From Planctomycetota bacterium (GTDB lineage: Bacteria; Planctomycetota; UBA11346), in contig JBBQSO010000043.1 of the NCBI GenBank assembly GCA_038213805.1, positions 1 through 43,797 of the forward strand: a stretch of 43,797 bases of DNA, written 5' to 3'. Made by a program: the position numbers and the translations under genes. The notes below the pieces were generated by a model. That model saw nothing but the letters and a program-made list of their open reading frames with translations, had not been told where the DNA came from and made no database searches. Shown here piece after piece: positions 18,363 to 27,823 of this stretch. Position 1 is the stretch's first letter. Every line of letters begins with the position of its first letter.

Positions 18363-19637
18363 CTACTTCGCGTCGGTCTCCCCGAGCCGGTCCCGCGGCA
18401 GGAACCACGCCAGACCGGCGGCGGGAAAGAACAGCAGCGCAGCGGCGAAGAGCACCCAACGGATGTCGTGGAGGATGCCGAGACCGGACACCACCGCGCC
18501 CGCGGCGGCGGCAATGCGGCCGATATTATAGCAGAAACCTGCGCCAGTGGTGCGCAGCAGGGTCGGGAACAGCGCCGGCAGGTACATGGTGAAGAGCGCG
18601 AACACGCCTTGGCACAGGCCGACTCCGGCGAGGAACGGCTTGATCTGGCCGAGGGTGCGCGGCTCGGCATAGCAGGTCGCCATGACCACGCCGTAGGTGA
18701 AGAAACCAGCGATGATCGCGCGGCGGTAGCCGATGCGGCGCGCCAGCGCGGCGAGCAGGAAATTGCCCAGTGCCGAAGTCACCATCACCAGCAGCAGGAT
18801 GCCGCTCGCCAGCACGGCCTGTTCGCCGGCTGTCCACGACTGCACTTCGGGCAGGCTACGGAGCTGCTGGATGTGCCAGAACATGAACGCCCAGTGCGCG
18901 GTCAGGCCGCCGGCGCACACGCCCATCGAGACCAGGGTGACGCGGCGCACGCCGGGGGCGAACAGGTCGCGGATGCGCGCGCTCTGTCCGGTGGCCAGTC
19001 CCTGCGCCTTGGCGGCGTGCCATTCCGCGGTCTCGGGCACGCCCCGGCGGATCCACAGCGTGCACAGCGCCGGCAGCAGGCCGACCAGGAACAGGGTGCG
19101 GGGCGGCTGGTCCGCAAGCAGCTGGTTGGCGAGGGTGGCGGCCATGACGCCGACGTTCACCGCGGTCTGCAGCACCGCAGCCAGCCACGGACGCCAGGTG
19201 CGTGGCCAGGTCTCGGCGAGGAGCGCGGCGCCCACCGCCCATTCGCCACCCACGCCAAGCGCGGCGAGGAAGCGGCAGATGCCGAGCTGCCACCAGGTCT
19301 CGACAAAGAAGGCGAGGCCGGTGAAGCAGGAGTAGGTGAGGATGGTCAGCACCAGGGCGCGGCTGCGCCCGAGGCGGTCGCCGATGATTCCGAAGAAACC
19401 GCCTCCCACCGCCCAGCCGAACAGGAAGGCGGCCATGATGTAGGCGCTCTTCGCACGCACCTCGGGATCCTTGACGCCCAGGACCATCAGCTGCGCCACG
19501 AACGGCGTGGCGACCAGCGTGTACAGGTGCATATCCAGGCCGTCGAAGAACCAGCCGAGCCAGGCGGCCGTCCCCGAGCGCCATTGCTGGCTGGAGATGC
19601 CGCTCAGGCGCGGGGCAGCGACGTTCGTCTCGTTCAT
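18363..19637 (-). CDS. MFS transporter
   Basis: GWFFDGLD, motif A GIIGDRLGRSR, GVGGEW, FPTLLRTTG..FCYNIGR; about 12 hydrophobic segments. Confidence 0.93.
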   Translation of the reverse strand: MNETNVAAPRLSGISSQQWRSGTAAWLGWFFDGLDMHLYTLVATPFVAQLMVLGVKDPEVRAKSAYIMAAFLFGWAVGGGFFGIIGDRLGRSRALVLTILTYSCFTGLAFFVETWWQLGICRFLAALGVGGEWAVGAALLAETWPRTWRPWLAAVLQTAVNVGVMAATLANQLLADQPPRTLFLVGLLPALCTLWIRRGVPETAEWHAAKAQGLATGQSARIRDLFAPGVRRVTLVSMGVCAGGLTAHWAFMFWHIQQLRSLPEVQSWTAGEQAVLASGILLLVMVTSALGNFLLAALARRIGYRRAIIAGFFTYGVVMATCYAEPRTLGQIKPFLAGVGLCQGVFALFTMYLPALFPTLLRTTGAGFCYNIGRIAAAAGAVVSGLGILHDIRWVLFAAALLFFPAAGLAWFLPRDRLGETDAK

Positions 19638-19725
19638 GGGCGGGCGAGGCTAACGGACTGGTCGGGAATGGCGATGGGTGAGGCGGCGCAGCGTCAGCCC
19701 GCGATTCATTCGCGTGAGGGGCCAC

Positions 19726-19760
19726 AAAAAAAGCCCCGCCATGGAGGACCATGGCGGGGC
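19726..19760 (-). terminator. Rho-independent terminator
   Basis: 12-bp stem gccccgccatgg/ccatggcggggc followed by T7 on the minus strand, just downstream of 19796..20266. Confidence 0.85.
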
Positions 19761-19795
19761 GGTCGGCGCGCTGTGGTGCGCCGGCGATGCGGCGT

Positions 19796-20266
19796 TCAGA
19801 AGCGCGCAGCGCCCTTCTGGGCCTGGTCGACGCCCATTTTCTTGATGTCGCGGGCGACAGCATGGGTGCCGATCTGTTTGGGCAGCAGGACGGTGCTGAG
19901 CAGCTCCTGCGAAGTCGCATCAAGCTCCGGGTAGCTCTTGCGATAATCCGCAAGGCCACGGTCCTCGCCTTCCTCGATAGCGGCGACGGCCGCATCGCGG
20001 CCGAAGACCTTGGCGCTGCCCTCATAGAGCTTGGCGAGCGAGCCCCACACGCCCGAACTCTCGGCCGGCGTGCCGCCAAGAGCGAGGATGCGCGAACGGA
20101 GCACTGAGACGCGCTTGCTGTGGCAAGCCTGGTTCTCGGCGAGCTTGGGGACCGGCGAGTCCTTGAGCTTTTCAATCACCTGCGCGTAGGTCTCGACCGC
20201 CGAGATTTCGCCGCGCAGGAAGGAGTTGAGGGTGTCGATGGATTTGGTGGTGGGGGTCGACGTCAT
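19796..20266 (-). CDS. DUF2383 / PA2169-like ferritin-fold protein
   Basis: LNSFLRGEISAVETY...H...LGGTP..SSGVWG...IEEGEDRGLADY; AAGGA upstream. Confidence 0.85.
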   Translation of the reverse strand: MTSTPTTKSIDTLNSFLRGEISAVETYAQVIEKLKDSPVPKLAENQACHSKRVSVLRSRILALGGTPAESSGVWGSLAKLYEGSAKVFGRDAAVAAIEEGEDRGLADYRKSYPELDATSQELLSTVLLPKQIGTHAVARDIKKMGVDQAQKGAARF

Positions 20267-20337
20267 AGTATGTTCCTTGAAAGGTGGTCAGGGGAGAGCG
20301 GCATCGCGCGCACGCGCGGCCGCGTAGCCCGCGTGGT

Positions 20338-20685
20338 TCAGTTGGACTTGGGGTTGGCCGCTTCGCGACGATGCTGGATCTGGGTGGCGAGCTCTTTGTC
20401 GTAGGTGGCCGGGCTCTTGTCGTACGCCATGCGGCAGTCGTCCGAGCAGAAGCCGACCATCAGGTCGGGCGACTTGGGGCCGGTCGCCGGATGAAAGGCC
20501 GAGGTCTTCACATCCTTGCTCACGGGCTTGCCGTCAATCGGGCACATGTCGTTGCAGGACCAGGCCTGCGTCGTCGGGGCGGTGGTGGCAGTGGGATTGT
20601 CGCGCTGAGTCTCCTTGTCGGCGGCAAGTGCGACGGAGGTGGCGGCAGAGCACATGACCAGGGCGAGGATGAGGGGAAGGCGCAT
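20338..20685 (-). CDS. Small secreted YHS/TRASH-like Cys protein
   Basis: Signal peptide (..VALA-AD); NDMCPIDGKPV...VGFCSDDC...Y.K.P..Y; AGGAG upstream. Confidence 0.75.
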   Translation of the reverse strand: MRLPLILALVMCSAATSVALAADKETQRDNPTATTAPTTQAWSCNDMCPIDGKPVSKDVKTSAFHPATGPKSPDLMVGFCSDDCRMAYDKSPATYDKELATQIQHRREAANPKSN

Positions 20686-20733
20686 GGCATCTCCTAGGAG
20701 GCGATTGGTGGTTCAGGTTGGCACAAGATCCTG

Positions 20734-20750
20734 AGCGATGCGCATGCCAA
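20734..20750 (-). promoter_or_regulatory. Candidate sigma-54 (-24/-12) promoter
   Basis: Minus strand TTGGCATGCGCATCGCT has GG and GC at canonical spacing, about 50 bp upstream of ATG 20685. Confidence 0.45.
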
Positions 20751-20924
20751 GCGTCGAGATGGTGTAAATCCTTGCAGTTTCAGCCTGATTTGCGGGGGAA
20801 GGTGCGGAATGCAGAATGGACACCGGGGTCTTCGGGCATTCCGCAGGGTCCCGCTTCTTGGGCATGGCGCTGGCGCCGACGTACCTGCATCGCGGTTGCG
20901 CAGTCATTGCGGGATACGTCAAAC

Positions 20925-23444
20925 TCAGCCATGCGGCCCGCGTTTGACGTCGACGCGGACAGCTATGGGTATGGTATGGCCGTGTCGCCGTATCGCGTTG
21001 TCGCGCGGGCGGAAGTATCCGCCGCCCGCCGCCATCAACACCGCGCTGAGCGAACTCGCCGGCATCGCCACCGCACACAGCAACGGACCCCAGATGCCGG
21101 CGGCAGCGAGCGCGATGCCGACCAGATTGTACGCGGTCGAGACCGCAAGGATGGCGATGAGGGCGGCGCGCGCACGGCGCGCGCCGGCGAACAGTTCATC
21201 AAGCCCGGCGAGCGGTGCATCTCCGGTGATGAAGGCGTGGCAGGCGGGGAGCGCCGCCGCCAGGCCGCCGCGCAGGCCGATGCCGACATCGGCGCGCGCC
21301 AGTGCAGCGGCGTCGTTGATGCCGTCGCCGACCATCGCCGTGGCACCGTCCGTGGCGAGCCGCGCGATGTGCTCCGCCTTGTCGGCCGGGAGCAGGCCGC
21401 CGTGCACCTGCTCGGCGGGCAGGCCCAGCTGGCGACCGAGTGCCGCGACCACGCGCACGTCGTCGCCCGACAGCACGTGCACCGTGACGCCGGAGGCGCG
21501 CAGCGCCGCAAGCAGCGGTCGCGCCTCGGCGCGCAGCGGGTCGGCGCAGGCGACTGCGGCCACCGCCTGGCCGGCGAGGGTGATGGCGAGCGCGCTGCAG
21601 GAGCCGTCGCCGCGCTGCGGCAATGCGGCAAACGGATCGCAGCCGGTCAGTGCCTGATTGCCGATGCGCAGCTCGCCGGCGGCGGTCGCGCACACCACGC
21701 CGCGGCCCGGCTCCTCGCGCCATGCGGCGAGCGACGCCGGTGCGACGTCGCCCAGGTGCGCGCCGAGTGCGAGCGCCAGGGGATGCTGCGCGCGCGCCTC
21801 GGCCGCTGCGACCGCGCCGCGCACCAGCGCCTGCGTCGCCGCGTCCGGCGCGCCGAGCCAGCGCCACTCGACCACCTGCATGCGCCCCGCGGTGAGCGTG
21901 CCGGTCTTGTCGAAGGCGATGTGGCGCAGGCCGCCGCGCCCACCGCGCCCACCGAGCACCTCGAGCACGCCGGCGTCGCGGATGAGCAGCCCGCGCGCGC
22001 TGGCACGCGCCACCGCCAGGGCCTGCACCAGCGGCGTGGCCAGCCCGAGGGCGCACGGGCAGCTCACCAGCACCAGCGCCACCGCTTGGTCGAGGCCACG
22101 GGCCGGATCGCCATGCAGCCACCAGCCGAGCAGTACGCCGAGAGCGAGCACGCCCACCCCAGGGATGAACCAGTTCTGCAGGCGATCGACCAGGCGCGTC
22201 AGGCGCGTCGGGCGGCTGGCCGCGGCGGCGACCTCGGCAAGCACCTGGCCGAGGCGCGTCGCCGCGCCGCTGGCGGTGACTGCCAAGCGCAGGTGCGGCG
22301 AGCGGCAGGTCGAACCGGCGTGGACCGCGTCGCCGGGCTCGAGCCGCACCGGGCGCGCCTCGCCGGTGAGCACCGCCGCGTCCACCAGCGCCGGCGCGTC
22401 GAGCACAGTGCCGTCGCAGGGGACGATCTCGCCCGTGGTCACCACCACGGTCTCGCCAGCGACCAGTCCGACGCTGGCGGCCATGGTGCCATCAGCACGC
22501 CGCGCCGCCGCCGGCAGCAGGTGGTCAAGGGCCTGGGTCGCGCCGGCGATGCGCTCGCGCGCGGTCAACACGGCGAGGCGGCCGGCCAGGATCAGTGCCA
22601 CGAACATCGCCAGCGCGTCGACGTAGACTTCGTGACCGCCGCGCGCCAGGTTGAGCGCGCTGGCCAGGCCGCCGATCACCAGCACACCCGCCGCCGCCAC
22701 GTCGATGGTGAGGTGGCGGCGGCGCAGCGCGGCGCGCGCGCCGCGCCACAGTGGTGCGGCGCCGTAGGTGACCGCGGGCAGCGCCACGGCGACCGCGAGC
22801 AGCGCGAAGGCGCGCGCGCTGGCGGCGTCGAGGTCGTGGGTCAGCTCGCCGGCGAAGAGGTTGAGGGTAAGGTGCATCGACCCCACCGCGCTCGCCGCCG
22901 AGACCGCCAGGCGCCAGACCAGGGCGCGCCGCTCGGCACGGGCCGCGCCGCCGTCGCCGCTCCACGGCCGCGGGCTGTAACCGAGGCGCGCGATCAGCTC
23001 CGCCTGCCGGCCCGGAGTTGAAAGCGCCGGATCGTAGACCAGCTCGAGCCGCCCCTGGGCGAAGGCGACGCGCGCCTGGCGCACGCCGGCGTCGAGGCGC
23101 GGGAACTGCTCGAGCAGCCACAGGCACGCCGCGCAGTGCATGCCCGCGACATACCAGTCGAGCTGCACCAGCCCGTCGCTGCGCGGCCGCACATGCGCTG
23201 CCGCGAAAGCCGCACCGTCAAAAGCGCCGGCTTGCGGCGCTGCAGAGGCGACCGGCACTGCCGCGCCAGCGCCGCGCAGCCGGTAATAGGCAGCGAGCCC
23301 GCAGCCCTGGATGACGGCGTGCGCAGCTCGGCAGCCCGCGCAGCAGAAGCGCGGCTCCGCCAGCGCGGCGTCCATCGCCAGTCCGCAGTGCGCGCACGCC
23401 GCGACCGGTGTGGTCGCGATTTCCGGGGCAGATGTGCCGGTCAT
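20925..23444 (-). CDS. ccoI: Heavy-metal P1B-type ATPase, CcoI/FixI type
   Basis: CAHC...FCCAGC...YY N-terminal domain, GMHCAAC, TGEA, CPCALGLATP, DKTGTLT, GDGIND, YN, MPASS; adjacent to the cco locus. Confidence 0.9.
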   Translation of the reverse strand: MTGTSAPEIATTPVAACAHCGLAMDAALAEPRFCCAGCRAAHAVIQGCGLAAYYRLRGAGAAVPVASAAPQAGAFDGAAFAAAHVRPRSDGLVQLDWYVAGMHCAACLWLLEQFPRLDAGVRQARVAFAQGRLELVYDPALSTPGRQAELIARLGYSPRPWSGDGGAARAERRALVWRLAVSAASAVGSMHLTLNLFAGELTHDLDAASARAFALLAVAVALPAVTYGAAPLWRGARAALRRRHLTIDVAAAGVLVIGGLASALNLARGGHEVYVDALAMFVALILAGRLAVLTARERIAGATQALDHLLPAAARRADGTMAASVGLVAGETVVVTTGEIVPCDGTVLDAPALVDAAVLTGEARPVRLEPGDAVHAGSTCRSPHLRLAVTASGAATRLGQVLAEVAAAASRPTRLTRLVDRLQNWFIPGVGVLALGVLLGWWLHGDPARGLDQAVALVLVSCPCALGLATPLVQALAVARASARGLLIRDAGVLEVLGGRGGRGGLRHIAFDKTGTLTAGRMQVVEWRWLGAPDAATQALVRGAVAAAEARAQHPLALALGAHLGDVAPASLAAWREEPGRGVVCATAAGELRIGNQALTGCDPFAALPQRGDGSCSALAITLAGQAVAAVACADPLRAEARPLLAALRASGVTVHVLSGDDVRVVAALGRQLGLPAEQVHGGLLPADKAEHIARLATDGATAMVGDGINDAAALARADVGIGLRGGLAAALPACHAFITGDAPLAGLDELFAGARRARAALIAILAVSTAYNLVGIALAAAGIWGPLLCAVAMPASSLSAVLMAAGGGYFRPRDNAIRRHGHTIPIAVRVDVKRGPHG

Positions 23445-23497
23445 GCGCGCCTGCGATCGCGCGGGGACGCTGCACGTCGGGACGGAGTCATCGCAGT

Positions 23498-23612
23498 GAC
23501 GCAGAGCACCGCAGAGGACCACGAAGCGGGGCGGGGAGCCATGCCGGATGGTGCCACCGTGCGCGCCCAACAGGAGGGCCGACCGCTGCCGCCCTCTGCG
23601 CCGCTCTGCGTC
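23498..23612. repeat. Intergenic inverted repeat with CGCAGAG tandem arms
   Basis: gacgcagagcaccgcagagg 23498-23517 vs cctctgcgccgctctgcgtc 23593-23612 (18/20 complementary). Confidence 0.8.
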
Positions 23613-23676
23613 GCGACGGGTGCCTTCACTGACCACTGCCTGCGCATGGACCGGGTTGGGCCGCTGCGACGCCAGT

Positions 23677-24432
23677 TCACGGACAGCAGCTGCCGCCCGC
23701 GCAGTGGCGCGCGACGAACATCACCAGGATCCAGACGCCGGAGAAGGTCAGAGCGGCCGGACCCAGCCAGCGGCCGGCGCGACGGCGCAGGGATTCGCGC
23801 CATCCGCCAAGAGCGAGGTGGGCGCCGAGCGTCACGGTCAGCAGGGCCGGGGTGGTGAGGACCACCAGGGCGACCATGGTCAGGGCGCCGTAGAGCGGTG
23901 AGGCGGTCGCGGCCGCCAGGCCAAGGGCCCAGAAGACGATGCCGCAGGGCAGGAAGGCCATGGCCATGCCGAGGGCAGCGGCGCGCAGCAGGGGGCGGTC
24001 GGCGAAGCGACCGAGGATCCTGCTGGCCAGACGGCCGGCCAGCGGGGGACGGGGAGCATGATCTACGACCGGCTGGGCTTGGCGCCGGCGCGGCCAACGC
24101 AGCCAGCCGAGCTGATGCAGCGCGGCGAGGAAGAAGCCGGCGGCAAGCACGCCACCCAGCACCAGATCCCAGTTCCGCAGCCGGCTGCCGAGACTTTCCC
24201 CAAGGCCGCCAACGGCAGCCCCGGCCAGCGCGTAAAACCCCATGCGCCCGAGCTGATACGCTGCCAATCCTGCAACCGCGCGCAGGCTCGGCCGACGGCT
24301 GTCGGCGCAGGCCCCCAGGCGGAAGCCGGCCACCAGCGGGCCGCACATCCCGGCGCAGTGCAGCGAGGTCCAGGCCAATCCCAGGCCAAGGCCGGTGCCG
24401 AGCAGCTGCCAAAGGGGGCCTGCGTCTGCCAT
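23677..24432 (-). CDS. DsbD_2 / TauE-SafE-like cbb3 biogenesis membrane protein
   Basis: SLHCAGMCGP, YQLGR..Y...GA..G..G, FLPCGIV motifs; multiple TM segments. Confidence 0.9.
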   Translation of the reverse strand: MADAGPLWQLLGTGLGLGLAWTSLHCAGMCGPLVAGFRLGACADSRRPSLRAVAGLAAYQLGRMGFYALAGAAVGGLGESLGSRLRNWDLVLGGVLAAGFFLAALHQLGWLRWPRRRQAQPVVDHAPRPPLAGRLASRILGRFADRPLLRAAALGMAMAFLPCGIVFWALGLAAATASPLYGALTMVALVVLTTPALLTVTLGAHLALGGWRESLRRRAGRWLGPAALTFSGVWILVMFVARHCAGGSCCP

Positions 24433-24472
24433 GCACAGCGAGTCTGGGACTGTCCCGCGCCGCGCCAACGAA

Positions 24473-24498
24473 ATATCTAGGAAATCGGACCTAGATAT
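24473..24498. promoter_or_regulatory. Perfect 9-8-9 palindrome in the divergent cco promoter
   Basis: ATATCTAGG-aaatcgga-CCTAGATAT in an AT-rich 117-bp intergenic region. Confidence 0.55.
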
Positions 24499-24549
24499 CT
24501 CTTTACTCGGAAATCCGGATAAGACAGTTTCGCCTACGGACCGTATCCC

Positions 24550-24735
24550 ATGTCCATGATTTTCCTGCTCACCGGGGTCGCCCTGGGGATCTTCGCGATC
24601 TCCATGGCCGTGCTGTTCTGGGCCGTGCGGTCCGGGCAGTTCGACGACCTCGACACCCCGGCGCTGCGCATGCTGGGCGATGACGCCCAACCCCTGCCGG
24701 CACCGCCGACCTCCGACCGGATTCCGCCCCCATGA
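24550..24735 (+). CDS. ccoS: cbb3-type oxidase assembly protein CcoS
   Basis: TM helix followed by [22 protein letters not shown]. Confidence 0.93.
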   Translation: MSMIFLLTGVALGIFAISMAVLFWAVRSGQFDDLDTPALRMLGDDAQPLPAPPTSDRIPPP

Positions 24736-27005
24736 CCGCCACTGCAGCCCACGATCATCCCCCCGGCGCCAATCCCGCCCTGGAGACCTTCGCCTACGAC
24801 AACCGCATCGTCCGCGACTTCATCATCGCGACCGTCGGGTGGGGCGTGGTCGGGATGGCGCTTGGCGTGCTGATCGCCAGCCAGCTGGCCTTCCCGGCGC
24901 TCAGCTTCGACCTGCCCTGGCTGACCTTCGGGCGGCTGCGCCCGCTGCACACCAACGCGGTGGTCTTCGCCTTCGCCGGCAACGCGGTGTTCGCGGGCGT
25001 CTACTACTCGCTGCAGCGCCTGCTCAAGGCGCGCATGTTCAGCGACGCGATCTCGCGCTTCCACTTCTGGGGCTGGCAGGCGATCATCGTCGCTGCGGTC
25101 ATCACCCTGCCCATGGGCATCACCACCAGCAAGGAATACGCCGAGTTGGAGTGGCCGATCGACATCGCCATCGCGGTGGTGTGGATCAGCTTCGGCATCA
25201 ACTTCTTCGGCACCATCTGGAAGCGCCGCGAGCGCCACCTCTACGTGGCGATCTGGTTCTACATGGCCACCATCATCGGCATCGCGATGCTGCACGTGGT
25301 GAATTCGTTCGAGATGCCGGTGACGCTGACCAAGTCGTACTCGGTCTATGCGGGCGTGCAGGACGCGCTGGTGCAGTGGTGGTACGGGCACAACGCCGTG
25401 GCCTTCCTGCTGACCACGCCCTTCCTGGGCCTGATGTACTACTTCCTGCCCAAGGCCGCCGAGCGTCCGGTCTACAGCTACCGCCTGTCGATTGTGCACT
25501 ACTGGTCGCTGATCTTCGTCTACATCTGGGCCGGGCCGCACCACCTGCTCAACTCGTCGCTGCCGGAGTGGGCGCAGACGCTGGGCGTGGTGTTCAGCAT
25601 CATGCTCATCGGCCCCTCGTGGGGTGGCATGATCAACGGCCTGCTGACCCTGCGCGGCGCCTGGGACAAGGTGCGCACCAGCCCGGTGCTGAAATTCCTG
25701 GTCGCGGGTGTGACCTTCTACGGCATGTCGACCTTCGAGGGCTGCCTGCTCGCGCTGCGTGACGTCAACGCGCTCAGCCACGACACCGACTGGACCATCG
25801 GCCACGTGCACAACGGCGCGCTGGGCTGGGTGGCGCTGATCAGCTTCGGCTCGATCTACTGGATGGTCCCCAAGCTCTACAAGCGCGAGGCGCTGTGGTC
25901 GAACCAGATGGCCAACGTGCACTTCTGGCTGGCGACCATCGGCATCGCGCTCTACGCGGTGGCGATGTGGATCGGCGGCATCACCGAGGGCGCCATGCAG
26001 ATGGCCTTCGACAAGGACGGCCACCTCGTCTACCGCGACTGGATGGAGATCGTGCGCGCCATCCTGCCGTTCTACCACACCCGCATCGCCGGTGGCGTGC
26101 TGTTCCTGACCGGCGCCATCCTGTGCGCGATCAACGTGTGGAAGACCATCTCGACCGCGCCCGCACCGCTCGCCGACGAGGTCGTGCAGGCGCCGAAGCT
26201 GCTGCGCGACGCCGCCTACAGCCCGCTGATCGCCGACGCCATGGCCAAGCCCGATCTGCGTGAGCGAGGCAACGCCCTGCACGGCCTGGTCGAGCGCTGG
26301 CCGTCATTGATGATCACGCTGTCGGTGATCGCGCTCGTGATCGGCGGCGCCTGCGAGATCATCCCGACGATGATCCAGGGCTACCTGTCGCCGCGCATCG
26401 CCACGGTCACGCCCTACACCCCGCTCGAGCTGACCGGCCGCGACCTCTACATCCGCGAGGGCTGCTCGAACTGCCACACCCAGATGATCCGCACCCTGCG
26501 CGCCGACGTCGAGCGCTATGGCGACTACACGCGCGCCGGCGAGCACATCTACGACCGGCCCTTCCTGTGGGGCTCGAAGCGCACGGGACCGGATCTGGGG
26601 CGCGAAGGCAACCTCCGCCCGATGGCCTCGTGGCACTACTTCCACCTCGAACGCCCGCGTTCGACGTCGGACGGATCGATCATGCCGAACTTCCCGTGGC
26701 TGTGCCGCGACGATATGGATCTGAGCACGCTGTCGACCAAGCTCGCGGTGCTGGCCGCGCCGCCGATCTTCACGCCGTACAGCGCCGAGCAGATCCGCAC
26801 CGCGGTCGACGACGCGCGCGCGCAGGCCAAGGTCATCGCCGACGACCTGCGTAAGGAGGCGCGTCTGAAGGACATGCCCGACCTGGAGAAGAAGGAGGTG
26901 GTCGCGGTGATCGCCTATCTGAAGCGCCTGGGCACCGACTTCGGCAAGGCCGAGGCGAAGCCCGCGACGACCGATAAGGCGGCGCCCGCCGCCGGAGGGA
27001 AGTGA
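24732..27005 (+). CDS. ccoN: cbb3-type cytochrome c oxidase fused subunits I/II (CcoNO)
   Basis: [40 protein letters not shown]; CcoO part [29 protein letters not shown] in the same frame. Confidence 0.97.
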   Translation: MTATAAHDHPPGANPALETFAYDNRIVRDFIIATVGWGVVGMALGVLIASQLAFPALSFDLPWLTFGRLRPLHTNAVVFAFAGNAVFAGVYYSLQRLLKARMFSDAISRFHFWGWQAIIVAAVITLPMGITTSKEYAELEWPIDIAIAVVWISFGINFFGTIWKRRERHLYVAIWFYMATIIGIAMLHVVNSFEMPVTLTKSYSVYAGVQDALVQWWYGHNAVAFLLTTPFLGLMYYFLPKAAERPVYSYRLSIVHYWSLIFVYIWAGPHHLLNSSLPEWAQTLGVVFSIMLIGPSWGGMINGLLTLRGAWDKVRTSPVLKFLVAGVTFYGMSTFEGCLLALRDVNALSHDTDWTIGHVHNGALGWVALISFGSIYWMVPKLYKREALWSNQMANVHFWLATIGIALYAVAMWIGGITEGAMQMAFDKDGHLVYRDWMEIVRAILPFYHTRIAGGVLFLTGAILCAINVWKTISTAPAPLADEVVQAPKLLRDAAYSPLIADAMAKPDLRERGNALHGLVERWPSLMITLSVIALVIGGACEIIPTMIQGYLSPRIATVTPYTPLELTGRDLYIREGCSNCHTQMIRTLRADVERYGDYTRAGEHIYDRPFLWGSKRTGPDLGREGNLRPMASWHYFHLERPRSTSDGSIMPNFPWLCRDDMDLSTLSTKLAVLAAPPIFTPYSAEQIRTAVDDARAQAKVIADDLRKEARLKDMPDLEKKEVVAVIAYLKRLGTDFGKAEAKPATTDKAAPAAGGK

Positions 27006-27006
27006 C

Positions 27007-27204
27007 ATGCACCACCTGATGGGCGCCTATGCCGGTGCCATGCCCACCATCGCCCTGGTCATCTTCGTCACGGTCTCGGCCGTGGTGACATTCTACGTCC
27101 TGACCGACCGTCGCAGCGCGCACAACCGCCACATGGCGGCCCTGGCGCTCGATGATGGGCAGGCCCCGCGCGCCGACCAGCAGCCAGGAGCCGATCGTGT
27201 CTGA
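27007..27204 (+). CDS. ccoQ: CcoQ-like small subunit
   Basis: Single TM followed by HMAALALDD; lies between ccoNO and ccoP. Confidence 0.7.
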   Translation: MHHLMGAYAGAMPTIALVIFVTVSAVVTFYVLTDRRSAHNRHMAALALDDGQAPRADQQPGADRV

Positions 27205-27775
27205 CCACGCCCTCCAACCCCAGGGGCCTGACCAGCCGCGCGAGCATTCCTTCGATGGCATCGAGGAATACGACAACAACCTGCCGGTGTGGTGGGTGAT
27301 GATGCTATACATCAGCGTCGCGGCGGCGCTGATCTATGTGCTGCACTTTCATTTCGGGCCCGGTCCTTTAGGCATTAAGACCCTGCCACCACCCACGGTG
27401 ATCGACGGCAACGGCTACACCGAGGCGCAGCTGCGCGCCTTCAGCAAGGACCCTGCGCGCGGCGCACACGGCAAAGCGCTCACCAGCAAGGCGCTGTGCG
27501 TGACCTGTCACGGTCCGGAGCTGACCGGCCTGGTCGGCCCCAACTTGCGCGATCGTTGGTGGATCTACGGTTCAAATATGACTGACATCGTCCTGACCAT
27601 CAGCAAGGGCCGCCTGAACGGGGCGATGCCGGCGCAGGAGAAGAACCTGAGTAAGGACGACATCGCGGACCTCGCCTGCTACCTCGTGCAGATCACTCGC
27701 GCAGAAGGCTTCAAGGACAGCCCGTTCAAGAAGCCGGATCCCAAGCGCGAAAAGGAAACCCCAATCGACTATTGA
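27197..27775 (+). CDS. ccoP: cbb3-type oxidase subunit III CcoP (monoheme)
   Basis: AGGAG then GTG 27197; HSFDGIEEYDNNLPVWW, single CVTCH, VGPNL.D..WIYG, GAMPA. Confidence 0.92.
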   Translation: MSDHALQPQGPDQPREHSFDGIEEYDNNLPVWWVMMLYISVAAALIYVLHFHFGPGPLGIKTLPPPTVIDGNGYTEAQLRAFSKDPARGAHGKALTSKALCVTCHGPELTGLVGPNLRDRWWIYGSNMTDIVLTISKGRLNGAMPAQEKNLSKDDIADLACYLVQITRAEGFKDSPFKKPDPKREKETPIDY

Positions 27776-27823
27776 TCCCGCTGCGCGGGACGCCGAGCAT
27801 CGCCGCTCCCACCCCAGGCTGCC

